Assembly: GCA_030141605.1 (NCBI GenBank) | Contig: JAQGDQ010000244.1 | Location: 273,745-337,744, forward strand | Length of the DNA stretch: 64,000 bases | DNA from: Tubiluchus corallicola | Taxonomy: Eukaryota; Animalia; Priapulida | Direction of reading: 5' to 3' | In this document: positions 25,447 to 38,100 of the stretch, one piece after another | Layout of the letters: every line of letters starts with the position of its first letter | Position numbering within the stretch: position 1 is the first letter of the stretch | Notes under the pieces: model-generated | What the model saw: only the letters and a program-made list of their open reading frames with translations | What the model was told of the DNA's origin: nothing | The model's database searches: none | Position numbers and translations under genes: made by a program

Positions 25447-26436
25447 CACAGATGATCCCGGTCGAAATTCAATGCACGGATTGCGAAATTTGGAAATAAA
25501 ATTGACAAATTCCAAGCAATACTATTTTAAAGGGAAAGAAAAGGGAAAATGAATGCCTTCAAAAACCTTCCACCTCTATTACTTTGAATTAAGCCTTACA
25601 TATGTAATTGAAAAAAAAGATTCTTAGTAATTTAAAATATTCGTGCCACTGGCTCATCAAAGAGCACATTATTTGAAAATATAAAGTAAAAAATACTTTT
25701 GCTTAGTTGAGTAGTTGAGTGAAGAGTGTGTCACGAATGCTCTTATTTTTTTCAAGTTTTACGTAATGATACCTAAACTTGTTTCAAAATGGCTGCGAAT
25801 TACGGTCATTGTGGGAGTTTAGATGTACAAGTTTTATAGAGTCCTCATAACCCCTGATCCAACTCCCCCCTCACCCCCCCCCCCCGGCCCGCGGATAGAA
25901 TCGAGGAGCTTGCGTATTTTAGGGCTCACCTGGTTTTATGGAAGCGAAAGATTCTGCGTAATACAAGATTACATTTTCAATTTTAGGGACATTTCGTTTT
26001 CGTGTGACTGTGACAGAATTCTAGGGAGGACGTAACTAAGGTTACTGAGCGTTCTTGCTTCAAATTACATGCACAAGTAACTTTACAGAAAGTAACTTTT
26101 TTCATCATTATTATATCGGATGGCGCAGAAAAAACGTACCGAAGTTCCGACTACAATAATATTAGAACCAACTGCCACACAAAGTTCAAATTTCACAATG
26201 TGATGTTACCATACATTGGCTTTGGGTGGTCAAAGCTAGTAGTTCACAGCTTTCGTGGTTTCAAAGTAACGGCTAAAAAACTTTTACTGCAAACACAAAC
26301 TCTAGATGCAATAAGACAGTATGTCAGTCGTACAGAATTTGAAGACGACTTTTTTAGCTTTATTTATGATGAGCGTTTTGTTGTCTTTTAGGAAATTCAT
26401 TGTGAACTGGTCTTTCTGTCAAACTATTGTAGTTGA

Positions 26437-26697
<261 letters not shown>

Positions 26698-27543
26698 TTT
26701 TATTACTGAAAATCAAATTTCCAACACGAAAATTACAAACTCGACGCATACCCGATGGTTTTATCAGCGGGCAGAACTCGGGTAATGATTTCCAGATCAT
26801 ACTAACAATTTGACTTAACATAGCTGCACAAGGTATATACACAGATATACAAATTTAGTTGTAAACTCTATGAAGTGAAAATAACTATTTACTAAGCATT
26901 TGTACACATGTGATAAACAAATATTTTACCTATATGATAATCACAGTGATGCGGTTATATGTCCGCTAACAAAGCTATACTATTTAATTCAAAAATCTAT
27001 GCATACAGTCGTAAATGAAATTTCCAATCGATATTAATTCTCCTTCAAATAAATTTGCAATATTACTATAATTTAACGAGTACAGTGATCTATAAAGTGC
27101 ATTTCATGGCACTAGCACAATCTAAAGCATCCCAGACCACGAAGTAAACAGCAGAGCACAATAAGTGATTTTTTTTGGAAATTACATTTACTAATTAATC
27201 ACTAAAGTAATTAATCACCACTCGTTAGTAATTTGTGTGACGTGCGTTTCACGTGTTTGGGCTACACCATTAAGTTAGTATGATCACTGTCAGTTACACC
27301 TGCCCGAGTTTTACTCGCTCCAATGACTCTGGTCTGGTTGTTACCATCAACGTAAAATTTGGTTAGCGCGATCATGAGAGGTCACATCTGATCTGCTCGT
27401 CAGTCATTACTCTCAGACGGACACTTTCGCTTCAAAAATGCTCTAGAAATGGTTACAGGACTTTGTAGAATTGGGCAAGTTTTCATGTAGAAAGTCGTTT
27501 AGGCTTGGGTGGCAAAGTGCGTTTCTTAGTTGATGAACGAGCC

Positions 27544-29069
27544 ATGAACATTATGACTAACTGCCGTCTTAGCCTCGTATTTTTTACTAGTTTCTATACA
27601 GCAATAGGTAAGTGTTCAGTCACGTTTTGTCACCTTTTATAATTACGTTTTAGCTTTCAGTTCGCAAGTCATCAAACATGTTCATGTGTCAGAATCGAGA
27701 TTCGCAATAACCGAGATCTTAAGCCAATTAGATTAGATTAAACTCGTTTTTTTCCGCGTAGAGCCATTCAAAAACATAAAAAAAACATTACGTCACACTA
27801 CAATAAAATACTACAATGAAAGCTGCACTAAAGATACTACTGTATACAGTCAGTAAATAGGCATTCGCACGTATCAGGCTTGACGATTGTTATTTGTTGA
27901 AGACTGTTATTCCACATCTTAAAATAACAAGATTGTATAATTCGTACGGAATTGACAATATCTGGTAGATGTTTATTGTTCACAAGTTCTAGTAATCGTT
28001 TTCTTATACTGTATAATGTCTTATACTACTTATATTTTCTTATATTCTAACTGGCTTTATTACAAAAACGTGAAAAATGTGGCAATGATAAATTTGCACA
28101 CGTGTCAGAAATGCAGGGTAGAGAAAACAGAGCCAAGAAATTGACCCAAAACTCGCTTAAAAGCAAACTGTAGGCCTGTGAATTTCTACATTTGGTTTCG
28201 TAAAAGTTTTTATAGGCCTAAAGAAAAGAATCAACATCAAACTTTCAAATTTAATTCTGCGCGCATCTCGGATAATGTTTCCCAATCATCTGCAATGAAC
28301 GCAAAGATTTGAGAAGACTTTTAGGAGACTTCGAAATTTTCAACCATAACTTGTAAAACGTGCATTAAAAAGAATTTTTTAATATAATCAAAACCATTTT
28401 TAGTACAGTGATTTGTAGTCAGCAAATGGAATTTTTTATCAGCAAAGTTCTTCGATATTTTCTTTTTGAAGAGAAATTTAAACCCTTGTCATTTTCGTAC
28501 GCATTAATTTTATTTACAGCTTTACAGAAGCTGTTTCTGTTTAGTTTAACCTCAAAAGTTTAAGTGGCCAGCGTTCACACAAATTTTTTCTCTGTGAAGT
28601 TATAACAGGTTCGCTTTTTAACGAAATGGGTCTACTATAACAGACCTGCTAGTTTTTGACGTACACATGTACACAACCTTCAGTTATATACAGTAAACCT
28701 GTACCAATCGCAGACAGATGTTAGTAGAAAAGAATTAAGATAGAATAAATTATATTAGATCTGTACAACAGGCAGTTCAAGGCAGACTACAATTTGCAAG
28801 TACATGATATCAGTCATAGGGCCATAATCTACCCGCGTTTGTCACTACAGTATAATAAATACCTCTTGTACTATTAATATACTTAGGTATCTGTATATAC
28901 CTAAGAATATTGAAGCATTGAAACTATTAAATTCCCACTGACATTGCAAGCTTCCAATTTCTGAGAAGAGCAAAAGTTCCTACAATTACGTAGAAGACGA
29001 ACTCACCGCGACCGCTATCCCCGTTCCCAAGAATCTGCAAGCTAAGTGAGGATGCTAAACGAAGAATAA

Positions 29070-29130
<61 letters not shown>

Positions 29131-32100
29131 ACATTAATGTTTATAAAGTTTCTGCTTCCATTAAAGAATCAGTTTTCCTTGAAACTTGGCTTGGCTAATG
29201 TATATATGTGGAAAATTTCAGACTTGACGTCAACAGAGGATTATTTGCGCGCTCAGAAATAAGTTTAATGCTTGCGAAACTTCTGCACACCTCGTTGGAG
29301 ATGTTGATGGAGCTAGGAACAAAACTTTATTTCATCTTTCTTCATCTCCATACGTCGAGTTATGCAACTTCGATTTAACTGCTAACCACTCACTATGGGT
29401 CTTGCTTGCGAAAATGCTATAGCCAAAATACTAAGTACTAGAATATACATAATGAACGCAGTAGCGAAATTTGGACCCGTGTATATGAAGCGCTGGATTA
29501 CAGTTCGTCTTTGGAAATTAGGTTTTAGTACTAATTAGTACTTTTACTACTAGTTTTAGTACTTTTTTGAACAAAAAGGATAATGCTGCCCTAGTGAATG
29601 TACCTACAGAGCTAATTTCTAAAATTACTAAAGGAACTTTCTTAAACATGAAAAATCACACACTTTACAGGTCACTGTCAGTTTTACATGTTGCGTAAAA
29701 ACCTAAATTTGTGAGAATCTGCTTTAAGACGCAGCGAATTGACATGTATCTTGTGTCGAAATCCGGCACTGCGTTTAGAGGTTTGGGGAGGGGTACAATA
29801 ACATAACACTGGGCGTAGTGGCGATACATCGAAGACCCAGGCTTATTAGACCTTGAAAATGAAACATCAAAATTTAATGGCATCGGCTAAGCAATAAACG
29901 TTTGGTGTTATAGAGGTTATATTATAGTTAAGATTAACCTCACGCAGTTCACTGTTACACGTTACGTGACTACATGTTTTGCTTAACAATTGTAGCATTT
30001 GCTTAACCGCTAGTCATAGATACTTATTGTTGAGAATTCAACCTGCAATTGGCTTATCATTAGTGATGCAAGTAATGTTGAAGGTGATTTATGACTGAAA
30101 TGACGTCCTTGAGCTACATGCGTACTTGGGCTATCATAGGGCCTAATGTAGCGTTTTTTCAATTTAGCAAAACAATTTAATTTACTCCCTATAGCGTAAC
30201 TGTGTAAAAATGTACATAAATTTGATTTATGGAACAAATTGCTTTCAGATGCTATTGTAGTAACCAAGCTATCTTAAGCATCTTTTTCACAATCTTGCAT
30301 ATGCTATTGTAGTAACCAAGCTATCTTAAGCATCTTTGTGACAATCTTGCATATGCTATTGTAGTAACCAAGCTATTTTAAGCATCTTTTTCACAATCTT
30401 GCATATGCTATTGTAGTAACCAAGCTATCTTAAGCATCTTTGTGACAATTTTGCATATGCTATTGTAGTAACCAAGCTATCTTAAGCATCTTTGTGACAA
30501 CCTTGCATATGCTATTGTAGTAACCAAGCTATCTTAAGCATCTTTTTCACAACCTTGCATATGCTATTGTAGTAACCAAGCTATCTTAAGCATCTTTTTC
30601 ACAACCTTGCATATGCTATTGTAGTAACCAAGCTATCTTAAGCATCTTTTTCACAACCTTGCATATGATATTGTAGTAACCAAGCTATCTTAAGCATCTT
30701 TTTCACAACCTTGCATATGCTATTGTAGTAACCAAGCTATCTTAAGCATCTTTTTCACAACCTTGCATATGATATTGTAGTAACCAAGCTATCTTAAGCA
30801 TCTTTTTCACAACCCTGCATATATTTCAATGTCTCGAGGTTACCGGTTGGCAAATCCAGCCAGTCGAATTGCTGTCTTTCATTTTATTAGCAAAGCAACG
30901 TTGGTAAACTATAATAGCTGCTAGTAAAATACGTAGCGAAATTGTTTAAAAACAGTTTGAGTTTTGTAATTTGGTTTATAGAAATAAACTGAGCATAAAA
31001 ATCAAGAGATTTGTAACGAGTAATTTTTACAGACACTGTAAATTATAAATTTACATGATTTGTCGTTGCTGCAGGCCGTCCTATTGTTAAACAAGTTTAT
31101 TGAATAACTTATTCTTATTGTAATTGTATCGCAAAACTAAAATCTGTGTTAGTGATTACAGCCGCTCAGCCAAGCAGAATAATTTGGTCATTCTGAACAC
31201 GACTAAGAAGTAGTTTTACGCTCCTACGACTGACCCTGAAATAATTGCATAAGCATTGTTTAATAGTTTAACTAAGACAAGCTTCATCCATGCTTTTATC
31301 GCACAGGCAGCCTAGTTAAAAAAATATTGGGGGGGGCATCTTCAAGCCAAGAGCCTGTACGCAGGGTCGAATTATGACGTTTTGGGACCCTGGGTTAATG
31401 AAATTATGGCACCCCTCAGACGGAACCACCCCCTAACTCGCCCGCACCTGTCTTGAATATTTTTTACTTTTAATATATTTTAGCGAGATTTATAGCTTGA
31501 AGTAGCCATCGCAACTGATTTAAAGGAAAACCGAATGATTGTTTAGACTCAATCTCATTTTAATTTACTGACCAAAATATACATTTTCTTGCCTATAAAA
31601 GTCAGCACTTGTTCCTTATATTTGAATAATTAGCTTGGAAAGTTAATTAACGGCAACCGAGCACGTGTTGTTTACGTCAGAAACTAACCACAGTTTGTGC
31701 AATTGCAGGCGTCTTTCTTCCATTGCGCGTCAAGGACATTTGCGTAGGTGTCACAGTACTGCTTAAATGCATGATGTCACGAAAAATGGGCTTTACATCA
31801 TATGACGTCAGAAACTAACCACATTTTGTGCAATGGCAGGCGTCTTCCTTTGCGCGTGAAGCACATTTGCATAGGTGTTACAGTACTGCTTAAACGCATG
31901 ATGACACGAAAAATAGGCTTTACATCATATGACGTCAGAAACTAACACTACAGTTCGTGATCATGCTTATCACGGTACAGCCTTCTATTTCTCGGCCACG
32001 CGAATGTGACAAAAAGGCGTCACTGCCAATCTTGGTAGATTCACTGAGCCGTGCGTAGCTTTGAAAGTTTAACGAAATTTGAGTATCCGAGGTAATTATT

Positions 32101-35100
32101 ATTTAATCTAAGCTTTGATTTAAAATAAGCTATTGTAGTTTTCAATATTTCAGAGCATTCTTTATTCTGAACTCATGTTTACACAATCATCCGGTTTTCC
32201 TTTAAATAAACAAGAATGGCCGTCTTGTTTATCAATAAAAATGTTCTTTAAACAATACCACTATTTTGGTATTTATTGCAAACCAAATTAGCACATAATT
32301 CAACACAATCAGTTTGTGTGAAAAACTGATTTTTTTACCAAATGCTTTGTTACCGCAAGGGCTCTGGGATGCAGCCTATAGTAGCTACAGGATAATGCAG
32401 ACCTGCCTGTACAGTTAGGTTCGAACTTCTATAATACGAATTTTTATACTTGTTTGAGAAGTTTCAACAGTTTCACATTTTTGTGTGCGCATTTGTGCAT
32501 GTAACCCTAAGTATGAAGGTTATTATAACCTCACTGTAAAAAATAAGCACCATTTCATTGTTGCAAAGACGACAAAGTTGAAAATTTAACTAACGATTCA
32601 CAGATTATAGCTAAAACCAAAGAACGTGATTAATAATTAATATAACTCAATTATTTTAAGCAACGCTACGTGAGATTTGCAATAGCACCAATTTCTTGGT
32701 AACGAATGTTGTTGTTTATTGTTAGTATTAAATAACCTGGGCATTCGTGAGCCTAATTGGCGTCACAGATTGGCAGTGACCATAACATCATGAACGCCTC
32801 GTGATTTCGATAAATGGGACAATACGACGGCTAACGACATACATATTACAGTACACGCAAAACATGTAATTGTATACAGAGATTAGTGTTGTAAAACCCG
32901 ATGTTATGTTTATGAGTTCTCTGTGTTTGTGACCATGAAACGTCAACAAAGCACAATAACTAAACCACGTTGTAGCGGGGCGGCATGCGTAACCAAACTC
33001 ACTTACATAATCGCGTCACAGCTCTTAACTTTTTACGCTGATCTGATTTTCCTTCGAAACTTGAGGTGTGTTCACGCTGCTGCGGGGTATGCGGTTGTCC
33101 GGTTTATCTGGTTCTGTGACACAGTGTTGACGTCGACGATGCGATAAGAAGTTGCCCAGTTGAAACATGCTCTATTCGAACATAGACTAAGTCATTCCAT
33201 AGCTGTAATAAGTGATCTATGCAAAACTAAGATTACTGTTGACTTAAATACTTGAATGAGCATGTTTATTGAGCGACGATCGTTTCGGCTACTGTAGTCA
33301 TTACGAAACTATAAATCAATGCAGAAAAGAAGAATAGATTGGAAATTAAATTATCAAAATAAACAAGGTTATGATGGAAAAAATAATTTGTTCTTTTTTA
33401 TTTGTCTCGGAAGACAATGGAGTGTGCGCCAAGAGAGTCAGTTATTGATCACATTGATGGAGCTGCAGCGTCGACTGTGGCTGAGCAGTCCGATCCTTGA
33501 ACGTCTCCAGAGCAAACGCCTGGGCAAGATGTAGGGAGATCCTGAGTTGCCCAGACAACAGGATCCCCTCTCTCCCTCCCAGGTGTAGTCCAAAGGAAAG
33601 CGGAGCGATACGTTTGGCACCAGGTTGGCTACAGGAGCTGCCGGAGTCAGTGAACATGCTGCACTGGTCGGCCTTCGGAGCCCCCACTCCTGATTTGGAA
33701 GGTTTACTCCTCTACACATGGCTGTTGGGTCACTTCACCTCCTCCGCCCTCTAGCTGTTGGCCGGTTGTACAGCTCCTCCGCCTAGTGTCGAGATACACT
33801 GTTGGCATCCCGCAAGCCTACAGCACCTGGTATTGCTAGGCGGTCACCCATCGAAGTACTAACCAGGCTCTACGTTGCTTAATTTCGGTGATCAGACGAG
33901 AACCGGTGTTTTCAATGTGATTTAGCCGTAGTCACTGTACATTTATTGTTTAAGAAATAGTACCAGTTGGCTATATTTGGTATAATGAGATTTACATGCT
34001 GCAAAGTCTATTAACCTGCTTAAGAAACAACCAGAAATCAAAGCAAAAAGCTTCTGCTTTGTTTAGAAGACGAACTGCAGCCTATGGAAAGGCGCACAGA
34101 GTCATTCTAACCTGGGTCAGTAGTAACAGATTTACGCTTTATTGGTTAGGGCAGCTAGCGTCTCTCCAGACCACGCCAAGGTGACCCAGTAACCGCGTTA
34201 AAAAACCTTGAGTGGACGCTGATTTGCAAGGTTGTAAGGTTGTAACTTTCCCTTTATGTTGACCGCCTGGCAAATTTCGTTACTTTCAGCTCAGCTCTAC
34301 CGGAAATAAAAAAGCAGATGTTGACCAACCTTTAACATACGAAAAACAGAATTAGAAATCATCTCCTTGTTAAATAAAAACTACGCAAAGGATTGATTGA
34401 TTGATTTAATATTTTATTTCAAACTTTACAAAGTTCGTATACATAATTTTACTATGGATGTATTGCAGTATGTTGTGTTTATTCTATAATTCTTGACTTC
34501 ACATTTTAATGTTAACATTTCTTATTTTTAAAATTTAATATGCTTAATTTCAGCGTAGATATATTATTTCTGTGTTTTATTTATTTTAAAGTACTTTTCC
34601 TAAATCCCTATTTTTAACAATAGAAGTTCTTGGTTTTTAGTAATTAATATGCTAATTTTACTGTGGATGTATTGCAATGTGTTGTGTTTATTTTATAATG
34701 CTTTTTTTTTAATTTTTTGTTTTTCATTTACAAACATATTTTTGTTTTTAGTAATTACTAACCACACTTGGAGTGTAATGGAAATAACGTTATGTTTTTA
34801 CATATCCATGTAAAAATATCTATTCTATTCTATTATACACATCACAAATAAATACATAAAATACAATAAATTATGGCTTACAATAATAATACAAATAACG
34901 ATTAACGATATAACAAACTTCGTTACTCACATCTAATCACAGAAGTAAAGTTTGCATCATTGTTTAAAATGTTCTTTCATATAAAATTCTCACGCTTATT
35001 CAGCCTGACGTGTAAACTGTATGCACATTTTCTCTGAATCACATCAAATAAGATTAAGTCTAGTAGAAATATATCTGGCGCTCGTATCGCACAAAAATTA

Positions 35101-38100
35101 AAAAGCTTTCATGCTGATTAGTATAATTATGTCACCTTGAGTATGCTGAGATTGTAAGAATAAAAACGTCTCCAAGTGGACATATAAAAATTGATGCTGC
35201 CGATAGCACCATGACCGTAAAACATTATTTTAATTTGGTATTATCTTTTTGTAATTTGCACTTGAATAAATTAATTACCGATTTATTCAAAGTAATGCAT
35301 CTACATTTGACTTACCTAAGTCACATTTGAGTTACCAAAACACAATCGAAATTCCTATGTCTACATTTGACTTACCTAAGTCACATTTGAGTTACCGAAA
35401 CACATTACAAATTCTTATGCCTACGTTTGACTTACCTAAGTCACATTTGAACTTTCCTGTGTCTACATTTGACGTGTAAAACCTATACAATAAAAAGTAG
35501 TGCAGTGAGCATTAAACAATTGTCTTTTGACGTCAACGGAACAGTGACTAAATTTCACGAGTAATTTATTAGCTCTCCCGTACTAAATTGAACATCGTCG
35601 TAATATATCTAAATCATCTCTATTGTCTTCTGATATAATATGAGCCAGATATTTTTCTTTTGTACTAAGTACAAAACTTTTACACTGCAGAACAACAGAC
35701 CCAAAAGTAAACTGCTGTACGTATACAGAGAGAAATGCAACACGTTTAGTCTTATTCACATTTACACGAATATCATATTTTTTTAGCAAATTTATTAAAA
35801 ATATCTAGCATTTTTTACAAAGCTGTCGTGGTTATTGCCAAAAAAAACAAATGTCGTCAGCGTACATCAGAGATGATTAATGCAGCAGAGACTTCAGCAG
35901 AGATGTAAACCCACTTTTCGGATTAATAACAATCTTGTGAATTAAAAAGAGGTGATCAGAATGATATCTGAGCATGAGGCACTGTTTTTGCCTTGACTGA
36001 AGTTTAATGCTATACCCAGAATTCGCTTGCATTTATACAAATTCTGTTTTACGATCTTGCTCAAGGATGTGTTAATTACTAAGTCCGACATTAAATAAAA
36101 GAAAAAAACTAAGATGGTCGGTATGCGGTTTGATCTCTGACTAAGTCTTACATTGAAAGTGAAGGTATTTCTAAATCCAGTAACGTCTAGATAGGATCTT
36201 TTCATTGTTGCATTAAAGGAAAGAACAATACACTCAGTATTCTGGGTTTATTTCATTGTTATCACTTAAACATAGAAAAATATAACGAAGAAATTTGCAA
36301 AAAAGTTTTTATAAAGCTAAAATATACTCCCTCTGAATAGAAATTGGTAGTTGCCGCGATTCGTTTGAAAATTATGACGTAAGAGACATGATTTTTCGTA
36401 AGCGCATTGGTGGCTTTTCTTAAGCACGCGCTGCTTAAACGAATTCACATTTTTACAGCTTGCCAAATATTCTCGCAAAGTGTTACAAAATCAGCTATCT
36501 AATGTTTTTGTAAAAACTTGCTATAATTTTTGAGTGTTAGGCATGACAGCGTGTTACTTTTCTTCAACACAAATGACGTCATTGGAGGAAGAATGGGCAT
36601 TCAAAATGGGAGCGCCAAAGTATGAAGTGATCGCGACTTTAAAGTGATTTTACTAATTACACGAGACGCTTATTGCAGTTTTAGTACTAAATTCTTCTAA
36701 CATTTGTCGTGAACATTGAAATAAGCCTAACCTCCCCGTAGGCTTGACCTTTCCTTTATCTAAGACCAGCCGATAATTTTCATATTACCCCTATTAAATA
36801 TTGGTAGGCCGTCGTCAAACGACGGATCCGGCCCCACAGACAGACACAAAATCCAGACAAAATACAGAGAGATATTACAGTAGGAAATAAAATAAGTGAG
36901 TCATGAAAGTCCGTCGAGTCACTGCACATTATTCTTGCGCCGACGCCTCTTTTCTTTGAGATCTTCTATTCGTAGATGCTCAAAGTTGATCACTGCTCTC
37001 TTGCAGAGCGCTCTCCACTGCGTTCTGTCACTCGCCAGGGTCTCGAAGTTTTCTGGTTGGATGTTGCATTGATTCAGGGTATCCTTCAGCTGGTCTTTGT
37101 AACGCTTAAAGGGCCTACCGACCCTCCTTGCCCCTACTGCCAACTCACCAAACAGGAGAGTCCGAGGAATACGGTCCTCACCCATCCGGGACACATGACC
37201 AGACCAGCGGAGCCGTGCCGCAAATATGTGGGATTCAATGCCCCAGGCATTACAGCGACCCAAGACTTCCGTGTTAGGCACTCTGTCCTGCCAGCGAATG
37301 CCAGCTATCCGACGTAAACAGCGCATATGGAAACTGTCAAGTCCAGGTTTCGCAGTTGTAAAGTAGCACCGGTAGAATGGCTGCCTTGTAAACTGCCATC
37401 TTCGTTGCTAGGCGGACATCCCGGGTATTCCACAGTCTTCCTGACAGGCCCCCGAAGGTTGCTGCAGCCTTGCCAATTCTGGTGGTTATATCACAATCAC
37501 TAGAGCAATCATTTGTCACTGTGCCTCCCAGGTAACTGAACCGATCCACGACCTTTAGAGTTCTCCACGATCTCGATCGTTATAGCAGGTGCTGTAGGAG
37601 TTGTACCAGGTCTAGGCTGCACTAAAACTTCTGTCTTCTTCACAGACACAGTCAGGCCGAAACGGGTGGCTGATAAAGCGAAGTTGTCCATCAAAAATTG
37701 TGCACCCTCCATGGAATGACTGGCAAGTGCACAGTCATCAGCATACAGCAGTTCTCTTATCAAGGTGTAACACACCATCGTTCGCGCCTTGAAGCGGCGC
37801 AGGTTGAATACGCCGCCATCATAACGAAACCTGACCTCGACACCCCGATAGCACTCGTTGTAGGCATCGCGTATTACTGCAGCAATGACTATTCCAAAAA
37901 GCAGTGGGGCTAGTACACATCCCTGCTTAACACCGTTGTTGACTGCAAACCCCTATTACCCCTATTACTCCTGTGACAATTACTAAGCTAAAGCTACGCG
38001 TCCATTGCCCCATTTCCATTATTCTGATTTTGCCAATGCAGGATACTGTTAGACTCACCGTAACCTATTACATTACGAGGGGTAAATAATTTGTATGTTA

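Noticed and set aside
33814-33933. Functional 5S rRNA gene
   Set aside because: Single copy, substitutions near the 5' end and in the box C region, no T-tract terminator, fused to retroelement sequence.
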